From the IMG/VR virus record IMGVR_UViG_3300001199_000005, positions 64,001-128,000 of that record: a stretch of DNA of 64,000 nt. The stretch is one strand, 5' to 3'. Under the pieces are notes generated by a model, which did no database searches, was not told the origin of the DNA, and saw nothing but the letters and a program-made list of their open reading frames with translations. A program made the position numbers and the translations under genes. Below, piece after piece: positions 24,474 to 34,791 of the stretch (the stretch's first letter is position 1; each line of letters begins with the position of its first letter). The DNA comes from a virus.

Positions 24474-24848
24474 ATGGATAATACTGCACAAGATATTGTT
24501 GATATTAAGATAGTAGACGATACTATACCTGAGTCCAAACAAAAGAATTTGTTTCCTCTATTCGATAGAATAGTTCTTATTGCTAAACCAAACCCTTATA
24601 TCCCGAAAAAGACAAAGAGTGGTATTCATAAAGTTGAAACCTTTAGAAATTCATCAACAAACGAAACAGTTAAGATAGAGGCAAGTACAATATTTGCTGA
24701 AGTTGTGGAGATAGGCCCTTCAGTTACTCAAGTTGCTATAGGTGACGAAGTGATTATAAATAGACATGCAGGAATTGCAGTAGATTTTTATGAAGGGCAT
24801 TTCGTAATAATTCACGAAGGAGATGTAATACTTAAAATAACAGAATAA
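24474..24848 (+). CDS. Co-chaperonin GroES-like protein
   Basis: PLFDRIVL, KTKSGI, AEVVEIGP..V.IGDEV, IIHEGDVI. Confidence 0.8.
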   Translation: MDNTAQDIVDIKIVDDTIPESKQKNLFPLFDRIVLIAKPNPYIPKKTKSGIHKVETFRNSSTNETVKIEASTIFAEVVEIGPSVTQVAIGDEVIINRHAGIAVDFYEGHFVIIHEGDVILKITE

Positions 24849-25063
24849 TGGACGGATATTTTAATCCAGGTGAAATAGTAACAATTAGGCAAGAGCTACA
24901 ATTTAAACCTATTATGTATGTTTATAGAGTAGATAAACTAGTGTTAGGGCCCAGTATGGAAAAAACAAAAGGGAATTTAATTGGCATTAGATGCAGATGG
25001 TTTTCTGCTGATTTAGTCCTGCAAGAAGCTTCTTTTTCTACAAAAGATTTAGTACACGTATAA
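24848..25063 (+). CDS. DUF2158/YodC-like small protein
   Basis: FNPGEIV..PIM.V..CRWF..F...DL. Confidence 0.6.
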   Translation: MDGYFNPGEIVTIRQELQFKPIMYVYRVDKLVLGPSMEKTKGNLIGIRCRWFSADLVLQEASFSTKDLVHV

Positions 25064-25064
25064 T

Positions 25065-25634
25065 ATGGATTTTTTAGAATATAGCCTTGATACTGGTATT
25101 ACCATAAAAGATTCTAATTATTTATTAGTGGCTGAGTTTAATGCTCTAGGCGCTGTTGAACGTAATAAATCTAAAGATGATAAAACTGGTACTAAGAGAT
25201 ATAGAATGTTGAAAGAACTAACATATATTTATATGCTAGAGCATTATAAATCGCCTTTTAGTAAAAGCCCGTTAAAGGATAGAGAAGAAGGTGCATTAGC
25301 TGCTATTGAGCACTTACCAGGATTTTTTGAACTTGATGAGGCTGTTGAAGCTGCGAGGAAGAAGTTCGTAGAACTTCAGGATACCAAGTCTTTACAACTA
25401 CTTAAAGCTGCCTATTACGCTGTTGACCAGGTAATAGGCTACTTTACTAAATTAGATTTGTCTAAATTAGATACTTTTAATAAACCTATATACAATGCTA
25501 AAGATGTTATAACAAACATTGCTAATTCTAGTAAACTTATTGATGGTTTACAACAACTTGAAGATAGAGTTAAACAAGACTTATCTGTTAAATCAAGTTT
25601 GCGTTCAGATGCAGAAGGAGGATTTTTTGATTGA
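25065..25634 (+). CDS. Putative terminase small subunit
   Basis: Helical protein coupled directly upstream of TerL. Confidence 0.5.
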   Translation: MDFLEYSLDTGITIKDSNYLLVAEFNALGAVERNKSKDDKTGTKRYRMLKELTYIYMLEHYKSPFSKSPLKDREEGALAAIEHLPGFFELDEAVEAARKKFVELQDTKSLQLLKAAYYAVDQVIGYFTKLDLSKLDTFNKPIYNAKDVITNIANSSKLIDGLQQLEDRVKQDLSVKSSLRSDAEGGFFD

Positions 25635-27739
25635 AGAAGATTAAATGGGATGTTACTGGAAAGAAAATTAAGTACTTTGACCCGGAGTTGTCTTATGAGA
25701 TAACCGGATACCGTCCTATTGCCCAAGATAAAAAGTTCAACCCGGATTGGTTCAGAGAAGCTGCTATTGAAAAGGATAAGACTGGTAAGTACACTCCACT
25801 GATTCGGAATACTGTGTCTTGGGGAAAGTTTTGGATAGAAGAAAGAAGAAGATGTATAGACGGTTACGAGGTTAATGGTTATAGAATTACTGGACATCAT
25901 TACTTTTTTCTAAATTATTATCCAATACCTTCTATTATTGAAGTCAATGGCAAGAAAAGAAGAGAAGTAACATTTCCTAGATTTATTGACGTTCAGTACG
26001 AATACTTCCACTATTTAGATTTATGCACTCATTTAAATAAGGACGCTTGCCTATTAAAAGCCCGTGGTCTAGGTTTCTCGCATATAGCAGCTGCTATTGG
26101 TGTAAATATTTATAACCATACAAGGGATTCAAGGTCTATGTTTACTGCCTTTGATGAGGATTACTTAATTAAGGAAGGCGTGCTATCTAAAGCTTGGGAA
26201 GCTTTAGATTACTTAAACCAAGGAACTGATGGCGCATTTAAACATTTACGTCAAAAAATAAATTCTAATTTCCATAAAAGAGCATCTAAAGTAGATAAAT
26301 CTGGTGAAGAACTAAACTCTTCTTGGAAATCAGAAATTATAGGTCAAGTTGTGGATGAACCTAGAAAGCTTAGAGGAGCTCGTTGCGAAGTCGTATTCTT
26401 TGAAGAAGGAGGTGTTTATAGAAATTTAATTGATGCTTTTATTAAGGCAGAAGCTTTAGTTGAAGTACTCGGCGATAAGTTTGGGCTAAGAGTTGTTTGG
26501 GGTACTGGTGGTGAAGGTGGTGCTTTTATCGAAGGTTTAGAGAAAATATATCTATCACCCGAAAGTTATAATATATTACCTCTAAGACATAACCATACTA
26601 CAACTAAAGAATATGTTTACACTTCATTCTTTATACCAGCTTATAGAATGGTGGCTGAGTTCATGGATTATAGAGGTATAACAGATGAAATAAAAGCCAG
26701 AGAATATTATGATGCTAAGAGAATTACATATAAAAATAAACCACTTGACTTGGCTATGCACGTTGCTGAGTATTGTTATACGGCGGAAGAAGCTCTTTCA
26801 CAAAGAGGAAATACAATATTTAATAAAGCTAAGCTGCTAGCTCAAGAAGTAGAAGTAAAAATTAATAAAACTACACCTGCTCCTGAAGTTGGTAGGCTCG
26901 AATGGGAATATATTGATAATACTAAAAAGGTAAAAGGCGTTAAGTTTATACCAGACCCTTCTGGAAAAGTACTCATTGTAGAACACCCACTCAAAGAAAA
27001 CGGTGCGTCAGTTGAGAATCTATATGTGTCTGGTATTGACTCTATTGATGCGGGTGCAGAAGCTACTGTTGTAGGTGATGACGGTTCTAAGTTTTGTCAA
27101 GTAGTTAAAAAAAGAACCTACGGGTTAAGTGGAGATAAGTATGTTTGTCTTTACTTAGATAGACCTGACGACGAAAGGGACTGTTATGATACATCATTAA
27201 AGATACTACATTATTACTCTTGTTTAGCTAACCTAGAAGATACAAAACGCTCAATAATTGGCTATTTTAGAGATAGGGGGCAATATTGGAGATTGATTAA
27301 AAGACCAACTATTGCTACCGCAAGCGCTGAAGCAAAGCAGCGTTCTAATTTAATTGGTACACCAGGCTCAACTAAAATTATACATCATCAGAATGACTTA
27401 ACGAAGGCTTATGTTGAAGATTTCTCTCAAAATATATATTTTGAGATAATGTTACAACAATTACTTAACTATTCCTTTGAAAATAAGTCAAAATTCGATA
27501 TAGTTGCAGCTATGGGTATGGCTGAGATATATGATGAAGACATTACCGGTGTTACACCCATACCTTCAACTAAACTTGATGATGAATGGGTTGATGTTGG
27601 GTACTATACAGATTCTAGTGGAATTAGAAGATACGGACCAATTCCAAAAAATCTTAATATTCATAATTTATCAAAAAGTCCAGAAGCACCGATTAAATTT
27701 GTAGACTTATTAGAAAATAAAATCGAATATGAATGGTAG
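25631..27739 (+). CDS. terL: Terminase large subunit
   Basis: LKARGLGFS Walker A, VFFEEGG Walker B, GTGG, GIDSID nuclease, KFDIVAAMGMA. Confidence 0.93.
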   Translation: MKKIKWDVTGKKIKYFDPELSYEITGYRPIAQDKKFNPDWFREAAIEKDKTGKYTPLIRNTVSWGKFWIEERRRCIDGYEVNGYRITGHHYFFLNYYPIPSIIEVNGKKRREVTFPRFIDVQYEYFHYLDLCTHLNKDACLLKARGLGFSHIAAAIGVNIYNHTRDSRSMFTAFDEDYLIKEGVLSKAWEALDYLNQGTDGAFKHLRQKINSNFHKRASKVDKSGEELNSSWKSEIIGQVVDEPRKLRGARCEVVFFEEGGVYRNLIDAFIKAEALVEVLGDKFGLRVVWGTGGEGGAFIEGLEKIYLSPESYNILPLRHNHTTTKEYVYTSFFIPAYRMVAEFMDYRGITDEIKAREYYDAKRITYKNKPLDLAMHVAEYCYTAEEALSQRGNTIFNKAKLLAQEVEVKINKTTPAPEVGRLEWEYIDNTKKVKGVKFIPDPSGKVLIVEHPLKENGASVENLYVSGIDSIDAGAEATVVGDDGSKFCQVVKKRTYGLSGDKYVCLYLDRPDDERDCYDTSLKILHYYSCLANLEDTKRSIIGYFRDRGQYWRLIKRPTIATASAEAKQRSNLIGTPGSTKIIHHQNDLTKAYVEDFSQNIYFEIMLQQLLNYSFENKSKFDIVAAMGMAEIYDEDITGVTPIPSTKLDDEWVDVGYYTDSSGIRRYGPIPKNLNIHNLSKSPEAPIKFVDLLENKIEYEW

Positions 27740-28059
27740 AAATTGAAGAAGCTTTAGCAGAACTGTATTTAAAAACATTAGGGTATGTACCTGAAATAAA
27801 GATTGACCATAAAGAATATGTAGTCGAAGGTTATTCTTATTTCAATACAAAGTTATTTTATACATTGTATACTGATAGACCAATTTCATCTGCACAACAA
27901 ATAGAAGGTACAGATTTAGAAGTTACTAGACCTATTTATATTGAAAGATTATTAGAAGATGTGCAAGAAAGAGCTCTTCAATTCATAAGGACACTACCAA
28001 TTCAAAAAATAAATGAACTTACTACCAATATAATTGGTGATACCACAAAATTAAGATGA
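27733..28059 (+). CDS. Hypothetical protein between terminase and portal
   Basis: Coupled ORF. Confidence 0.75.
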   Translation: MVEIEEALAELYLKTLGYVPEIKIDHKEYVVEGYSYFNTKLFYTLYTDRPISSAQQIEGTDLEVTRPIYIERLLEDVQERALQFIRTLPIQKINELTTNIIGDTTKLR

Positions 28060-30323
28060 TTCGTCGAACCATACCAAAATTAGAAATATCAGACTTAGTG
28101 CCTGAAAAAGATAAAATGAACCCAGACTATTTAATGGCTGTGGCAGATTATCATATTAATAATTATAGAGAGCAAAAAACTGATTTAGAAACTACGTATA
28201 ATTACTATAATGGAATTTTAGATAAAGAACGTTATAAGTATTTAGAAAATAACTACGGTATCGGTAATCCCGCTTCAATAGAATTTGTTCCTTTGATTCG
28301 AAAACATGTAGACGCTTTAATAGGTGAATTACTGAGGGAACCAATTGACCCGCGTATTACTTGTAGCAATCGTGAGGCGTTAGATTTCATAGAAAACGAA
28401 AAAAAGATTCAAATTCTTGACCAATATATTGAGCTAATTACAAAGCAGTTCAAGGAAAATATGGAGAGCTTGAAGCATGGAAAAAAAGCAAAAGAATTAC
28501 TTACCGTAGAACAACTGGCAAAAATAGGTAAAGATATAGAGACAACCTGGAAGTCTTCTTTAGAAATTTCAGCTCAATACTTACTAGAATATTTTAAACA
28601 AAGCAGAGATTTAGGTCTTAGAGATAAACTAAAGACTATGTTCTTTGACCTCCTTGTTTCAGGCTCTTGTTATTATAGGGTATATGTAGCACATTTAGGC
28701 GAAGACCCTATTCTTGAAGTAGTTAACCCCCTCGATATTTTTTATTCTAAGAACACAAATAAGACTTTTTTACGTGAATGCTCATCAGTAGTCCATAGAA
28801 CTTACCTCACTAGACAAGAAATTCTTAATAGGTATGGACATCAAATGACTGAGGAAGAAAAACTATTGCTTTTTGGTAATGAGATAGCAGTAACATCAGG
28901 CGTAGCTAGATTTACAGTAAATAAAACGTCAAGAGAAGGGAGCTATTTAGTATCAAATCTTGGTACTACTGTTGACGATTTTAGACCTGGGTATTTAGGT
29001 GATAACGAATATATCGAAGTTAACCATGTTGAATTCATGGCTAACAATAAAGTAATTCTTGAATCGCCAGATGAAGGTACAGTTAAATCCAAAACTAAAA
29101 ATAATAAAGAAAGATATAGATTAGACAGATATGAGGTAACTAAAATAGGTGCATATTACTACGTAAATATGGGTAAATCAAATTATATCACAAGGCCTCT
29201 TGATAAACCATATATGGCATACTTAAGCTATAATGGTATATCAGTTACTGATAGAAACGGTTTTCCATTCTCTCTTGTAACATCGTTAATGCATCTACAA
29301 GATAAATTTAATTTACTTCATTTTTATAGGGATAACATGATAGCGAATGCTAACATACCAGGCCCAATCATAGACGTGGCGGCAATGCCGACATTTTTAG
29401 GTAAATCAGCTTCAGAGAGATTATTAAAATGGCAAGGATATGCCAAGAATGGTCTATACCTAATCAATTCGGCACAACAAGGCCAATCACATATCAATAC
29501 AATATATGGTGGTATGCAGGCTACAATGGATGCGGAAGCATTAGCTGCTATAAACGGCACAATACAATTAATTGAACAAACAGCATCATCTATTACAGGA
29601 GTTTTCAGAGAAAGACTAGGTGGTATAGAGCAAAAGGATGCAGTCACTAATGTAAAAGTGGGTATTGACCAATCTTATATTGTTACTAAACCTTTATTTA
29701 TCCTTATGGATGAGATAAAGAGAGAATTATTAACAGATTTACTTAATATTGGTAAAACTACGTATAAGAAAGGCAAGAAAGGCTCGATTCTTTTAGGCGG
29801 GATGCAAAAAATATTCCAAATTGAACCAACATCTTTCCAACTTGCAGATTATGATGTCCATATTGTTGAATCTGGAGAGTTACTAAAAGAAATGTCTACA
29901 ATAGAAGCTATTACGATGGAACTTGTAAAAGCACAATCTGTTGATATAGATGTAGTTCTTACAATTCTTGGCTCTAAATCACTTACAGAAGTTAAAAACA
30001 AACTATCAGATAAACTGAAAGAAGACAAGAATAATAACATTAAGCAACTAATTCAACAAGCGGAACAATTAGAAGCTGAACTTAAGAAAGCACAATCTGA
30101 ATTAAATTCAATTGACAATAGTAAAGTAGCTAATGATAAGGCAAGACTAGACCTTGACAGGCAAAGACTCGAAATGGAGCATAAGTCCAAAACAAGGGAG
30201 TTGGAATTAAAAGAAAGAATAGAGAATCAGAAAATAAATGAAATAAGTAAGAGGACAGAAATAGAAAAACTTGAAGCTCTATATAGTAAAACTGCAACTG
30301 AAGTTGAAAATTTAGATATATGA
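28056..30323 (+). CDS. Portal protein, crAss-like
   Basis: 755 aa after TerL; YNYYNG, ITGVFRERLGGIEQ, C-terminal coiled coil. Confidence 0.88.
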   Translation: MIRRTIPKLEISDLVPEKDKMNPDYLMAVADYHINNYREQKTDLETTYNYYNGILDKERYKYLENNYGIGNPASIEFVPLIRKHVDALIGELLREPIDPRITCSNREALDFIENEKKIQILDQYIELITKQFKENMESLKHGKKAKELLTVEQLAKIGKDIETTWKSSLEISAQYLLEYFKQSRDLGLRDKLKTMFFDLLVSGSCYYRVYVAHLGEDPILEVVNPLDIFYSKNTNKTFLRECSSVVHRTYLTRQEILNRYGHQMTEEEKLLLFGNEIAVTSGVARFTVNKTSREGSYLVSNLGTTVDDFRPGYLGDNEYIEVNHVEFMANNKVILESPDEGTVKSKTKNNKERYRLDRYEVTKIGAYYYVNMGKSNYITRPLDKPYMAYLSYNGISVTDRNGFPFSLVTSLMHLQDKFNLLHFYRDNMIANANIPGPIIDVAAMPTFLGKSASERLLKWQGYAKNGLYLINSAQQGQSHINTIYGGMQATMDAEALAAINGTIQLIEQTASSITGVFRERLGGIEQKDAVTNVKVGIDQSYIVTKPLFILMDEIKRELLTDLLNIGKTTYKKGKKGSILLGGMQKIFQIEPTSFQLADYDVHIVESGELLKEMSTIEAITMELVKAQSVDIDVVLTILGSKSLTEVKNKLSDKLKEDKNNNIKQLIQQAEQLEAELKKAQSELNSIDNSKVANDKARLDLDRQRLEMEHKSKTRELELKERIENQKINEISKRTEIEKLEALYSKTATEVENLDI

Positions 30324-30610
30324 GAGTTGTCAAAGTAGGTGATATAGAAGTTAAAGTACCAAAAAGGTATCAAGATAAGGTAAAAGCTGAGAAGTTAATA
30401 TCTAAATTGAGAAAAGGAGAGGAAATCCCTGAAAAACCTAAGACTATAAGGGAAAATAATATGCTAATACCTATACAAATTGACAAAAAAACAACGTATT
30501 TTGTAAGAGAATCCAAACTATATACAAATAAATGGCTTCAATACTTCGCTAACGAAGAAGAATTAGAAGCCTACATACTAAAATATAAAAACGAAAATGG
30601 CATTAATTAA
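30320..30610 (+). CDS. Hypothetical protein
   Basis: Coupled ORF. Confidence 0.7.
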   Translation: MRVVKVGDIEVKVPKRYQDKVKAEKLISKLRKGEEIPEKPKTIRENNMLIPIQIDKKTTYFVRESKLYTNKWLQYFANEEELEAYILKYKNENGIN

Positions 30611-31343
30611 TATAAGCGAGTTAGAGTGGGAAATTGAAACATGCAGTACTGTAGAAATAGATGATACAGTAGCTTCGGCAGGATATGTAACTGTATTTGA
30701 TAACCCAGTAAAAAAACTAGTAGTATTTAGAAACTTCTTCGGAGCATCAGAAGAACTACAACGAGAGGTGTTCTTTGAATCAGATTTAACTGAATTAGCT
30801 GCTAATACATGGACACAAGCAGTTGAAAAGGATAGTTGGTATTCAGTTTATTTATTTATTCTAGATACAACACCTGATGTTGATTCACCAGCAACAATAA
30901 ATGTTGGAGAAATAGTATACTTTGGCGGGATAATAGGAAATTTCTATGTAGCGTTAACAAAAGATGCTGGAACAAACCCTCTTACTCCAGAGCAAGAGGA
31001 TTGGGCTATTGCAACTGCTGAAGATTGGGCTAACTTTTATACTTTATTATTTACAGTAGAAGCAGTTTATGCCTTTACTAAAATACCTGATTTTGGTTAT
31101 GTAGATGAAAAAATTGATTGCCATGCATTAGATTGTGAAAGAGATGCGTTTATTGCAGTACCATGTGATTGTAAATGTGATAGTAAAGCTGTAAGAACTG
31201 GTATTGATTTCTGGATGCAAATATTTCAATATTATGAAGCAGCACAAATAAGATGGGCAGAGAATAATACTTCTGCATTCCAAAAACTTATTGAGTCTGC
31301 AGAAAGAATTTGTTCATGTGGTACAACTAACTGTAATTGCTAA
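30597..31343 (+). CDS. Putative structural protein with Cys-rich C-terminus (tail hub-like)
   Basis: Acidic protein ending ICSCGTTNCNC; position before the fibre genes. Confidence 0.5.
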   Translation: MALINISELEWEIETCSTVEIDDTVASAGYVTVFDNPVKKLVVFRNFFGASEELQREVFFESDLTELAANTWTQAVEKDSWYSVYLFILDTTPDVDSPATINVGEIVYFGGIIGNFYVALTKDAGTNPLTPEQEDWAIATAEDWANFYTLLFTVEAVYAFTKIPDFGYVDEKIDCHALDCERDAFIAVPCDCKCDSKAVRTGIDFWMQIFQYYEAAQIRWAENNTSAFQKLIESAERICSCGTTNCNC

Positions 31344-33301
31344 TGGCTAGTACATATCCATATTCACCAATATACACATATCTATTACTACTAAAAATAC
31401 GAGCTGTCCTAGTTTCAGTTACAGAGAAAGCTGCATTATATCAAAGTATAGGCAACACTACTCTAGCAGATAGTTATTTTTATAAAGCTGCGTATCTAAC
31501 AGGTGTTATAAGATGTTTTAATACCTATACAGGGCTGACCAGAGAAGATTTAATAAAGATTGTAGATTGTGCTATTAATATAACAGGTGTTGAAGAAAGC
31601 ACATTATGGGTAGATATTAAAGACTATTTAGTAATCAACCCACCACCAATTCCTTTACCAGATGCACCAGTTCTTTCTATTAGCCTAGAAATGGTTGGTA
31701 CTCAACCAGTTAGGAGATTATCTTGGACTCAAAGTATATCAGGTGAGCAGCAACCAATTCAAAACTTTATATTATATAGAAGTATAGACGGTGCAGCATT
31801 TACTACAATAAATCCATCTATATTACCAACTGCGACTGCTTTTGATGACTACTCAATGTCACAAGGGCTTGAATATCAATACTATTTAGTTGCAAAAGAT
31901 ATAGCTTTACAGTTATCGCCTGACTCTAATATAGTAAGCTTAACAGTAACATCTCTAAGTTTCGATATTGGCTCGGCTGCGACAAATTTTAAATTTAATT
32001 TTATTGGTCATACAGGCAAACTAATAACAAATGTAGGAGGTTCTATAACATCTTACGCAAGCTACACAGGAGGTTTAACAACTCAAGTTATTACTTCAGG
32101 AACAGTACCAACAGTTGTTTATTTAACAGGTGCGTCCACTGTAACTTCAGTAAAATTATTAGGTAAAATACCTATCCTTAATATTCATTATAATGGAGCT
32201 ACCAAGATATTCCCAGCAGTTACAACTTATGATTATTCAGATAATAGATTAACACAAACAAATTTAGACTTTACTGATACATTTGTTACTGATATAAATT
32301 TAGAGAATAATGCGTTTACAGCGGGCAGTCAATATACTATGGTGCAAGCTTCTTATGTTGGTTTAAATCTTAATTTACTGCTTCAAACAGACGGGACAAA
32401 CTTTATCCCAGCAAATATAGATGTTTACGATGATTTTACATCTAAAGTAGACTCGGGTGGAACAGTGTTAGTTAGTCTTGGTTATACATTAGTTACAACT
32501 AAAAATGGAACATTTAATGTTACAATAGTTTCAGAAGCTGCCACCTATAATTATTATAGGCATGTTATTCAATCGACATTGATAAGCTCTGATGCAGCTT
32601 CTATATCAACTCCATTAACAGGTCTAACTGTATCTTATAAATTATTCTACCCTTCTAATAACACACCTGTTTCGATTACTGCTAATAATGCTGGACTTGG
32701 AAGCTCAACTCCGTTTACATTTTATGTAAACACACTGCCGCCGCTGTTAAATACATTTACAGGAAATGAAAATAATTACCAAGCAATAGATATTAATAAT
32801 CCAAGGGTAAGTTTGACAAACGTCAATCTAAATAAAAATAAAATCAATAATGCTAATCAAGCAGATTTTATTGGTGAAATATTATCTGGAGCAAATACAA
32901 TAACATATGATATTAGAGGACAATTTAGTAATAATACTTACCATTGGTTCTCATTCGCACTTTATAACTCATTAGTTTCAGCAAGTCAAGATAACTTAAT
33001 AATAGGCTCAGTGAGCTATCAACTATTATCACAAAAAGGGGCTGGTGATGGTATTGATATTATATGGAATGTAACTACCCCTGACCCAACTTTTACCTAC
33101 TTTATACTTTCAAATACAGTATCTTTGTTAGATGAACTTATAAATACTGGCACTACCGGAGATATAGATGTTGGTGTTTACTCAGGAGATAATTTGTACG
33201 GGTTACCAGAAACAATATTTAAGTTAATTTATACTTCAAATAATCAGATTACTTCATACACTTTAAATAATGCCGATATAACTGGCACAATACCAACATG
33301 A
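31337..33301 (+). CDS. Fibre-like protein with FN3 and leucine-rich-repeat modules
   Basis: LSWTQ..FILYRS..FDD..EYQYYLVA FN3 pattern; SDNRL/LENNAF/LNKNKI LRR-like units. Confidence 0.6.
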   Translation: MLMASTYPYSPIYTYLLLLKIRAVLVSVTEKAALYQSIGNTTLADSYFYKAAYLTGVIRCFNTYTGLTREDLIKIVDCAINITGVEESTLWVDIKDYLVINPPPIPLPDAPVLSISLEMVGTQPVRRLSWTQSISGEQQPIQNFILYRSIDGAAFTTINPSILPTATAFDDYSMSQGLEYQYYLVAKDIALQLSPDSNIVSLTVTSLSFDIGSAATNFKFNFIGHTGKLITNVGGSITSYASYTGGLTTQVITSGTVPTVVYLTGASTVTSVKLLGKIPILNIHYNGATKIFPAVTTYDYSDNRLTQTNLDFTDTFVTDINLENNAFTAGSQYTMVQASYVGLNLNLLLQTDGTNFIPANIDVYDDFTSKVDSGGTVLVSLGYTLVTTKNGTFNVTIVSEAATYNYYRHVIQSTLISSDAASISTPLTGLTVSYKLFYPSNNTPVSITANNAGLGSSTPFTFYVNTLPPLLNTFTGNENNYQAIDINNPRVSLTNVNLNKNKINNANQADFIGEILSGANTITYDIRGQFSNNTYHWFSFALYNSLVSASQDNLIIGSVSYQLLSQKGAGDGIDIIWNVTTPDPTFTYFILSNTVSLLDELINTGTTGDIDVGVYSGDNLYGLPETIFKLIYTSNNQITSYTLNNADITGTIPT

Positions 33302-34791
33302 TAGATTTAGCAAACCTAAGTGCTTGTACATACATAAACTTATCATCTAATCTAATAACAAGTGTAAGTAATAAGCCTACCAATACAGATTTAGACATTT
33401 ATGAGAATAGACTAAATTTAACACAACAATTAGCATTAATTGCTATTGGTGATGGGTCTACTATAAACTTCTATGACCAAAAAGATTCGCTAGGTAATTA
33501 TGTACCACTTAGTATGACGACGTGGGCAACAATGCCTTCAACTAGAGTAGGAACTGTTAGTAATGATTTTATATCTACTAAGGATTCAAATACAGTAACT
33601 TTTGATTTAAAAGATGGTTCAAATGTTACTATACCGCATAAAAGATTAACAGTTACAGATTTTGGTGGAACTTCTGAGGAGGTTTTCGATACTACTACAA
33701 CCACTGTTAATGTTTCTCATAGCGTCCCAACCAGTTGGCAATTTAGAGTTCAATTCCGTTCAAATGATGTAGTAAAAACATTTACATTAAATAATGCGCA
33801 GATAACTTCAACACCCACATTTACTCATTTTCCAGATTTAAGAACATTAAATTTAAAATCTAATGGGGCTGATTTAGAGTTAACTCTTTCAGGCTCTTTC
33901 AGCACTCCTATTATTATAGGGAACTGGATTAAGAATGCTAACGTTGCAATTGATGTTGCTAATTCATTATTCCTAAGACAAGATAGTGATGGTTTTATTT
34001 TCCATATTGAAGAAGTTAATGGGGTCGATACTAGTGCCGCAAGAACAGTTAAAATAGATACAGTTTTAGTAGATGTTGGTGTTTTAGACTCAGTGTTTAC
34101 ATCTATAACTGCTTTAGCAGCTAAGAATGTTATTATTACAACCTCCTCATTCTACTTATTTGAAGTTAAGTTTAGTACAAATGCTCAAACAGTGGATTTT
34201 AGTTTTGTTGGTGGAGCTGGCGGTAGTCCGTTAATTGTAGAAGAAATAGCTGGAGAGTATTTTAATAGAGGAGATGGACAAAACTTTGTAACTAATACTA
34301 GTCCAGCTTCAACATTTAGAATCTATCACTCCGATTATGATACAGTAACTCAATTTTTATTTAATGATTGTTATTTAAAATATATTAGAATAGCAACAGA
34401 TACTATACTAGGCGATTTTTCTGGAGTACCGACTTTCAAATATATTAGTTTGAAGAATAATGAAATTGAAACACCTTTAGGACCATCAATAGGTTGGAAT
34501 ACTGTAAGTTTAAGAACTTCGACATCGTTAAAGAAATGGGTTATTAATTTAGAAAATGCTTTTAATTCAGACCCATTAAGTATTCAAGATACTTTAGAAA
34601 ACTTCTCTGCTATTACATTAACTTCTGGAGTACATGGATTAAACGAAGTTCACCTTGATTATCCAGTAATGAATTTGAACGACTACAAAAACTTAGAGCC
34701 AAATACATTAGAAAGGGTAGTTTCATTAGTTGAAACTGCTAACTGGAAAACTGATGCAATATTACTTAATACACAACCAATATTTATATGA
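33298..34791 (+). CDS. LRR-containing fibre-like protein
   Basis: INLSSNLI, LRTLNLKSN, YISLKNNEI. Confidence 0.6.
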   Translation: MIDLANLSACTYINLSSNLITSVSNKPTNTDLDIYENRLNLTQQLALIAIGDGSTINFYDQKDSLGNYVPLSMTTWATMPSTRVGTVSNDFISTKDSNTVTFDLKDGSNVTIPHKRLTVTDFGGTSEEVFDTTTTTVNVSHSVPTSWQFRVQFRSNDVVKTFTLNNAQITSTPTFTHFPDLRTLNLKSNGADLELTLSGSFSTPIIIGNWIKNANVAIDVANSLFLRQDSDGFIFHIEEVNGVDTSAARTVKIDTVLVDVGVLDSVFTSITALAAKNVIITTSSFYLFEVKFSTNAQTVDFSFVGGAGGSPLIVEEIAGEYFNRGDGQNFVTNTSPASTFRIYHSDYDTVTQFLFNDCYLKYIRIATDTILGDFSGVPTFKYISLKNNEIETPLGPSIGWNTVSLRTSTSLKKWVINLENAFNSDPLSIQDTLENFSAITLTSGVHGLNEVHLDYPVMNLNDYKNLEPNTLERVVSLVETANWKTDAILLNTQPIFI

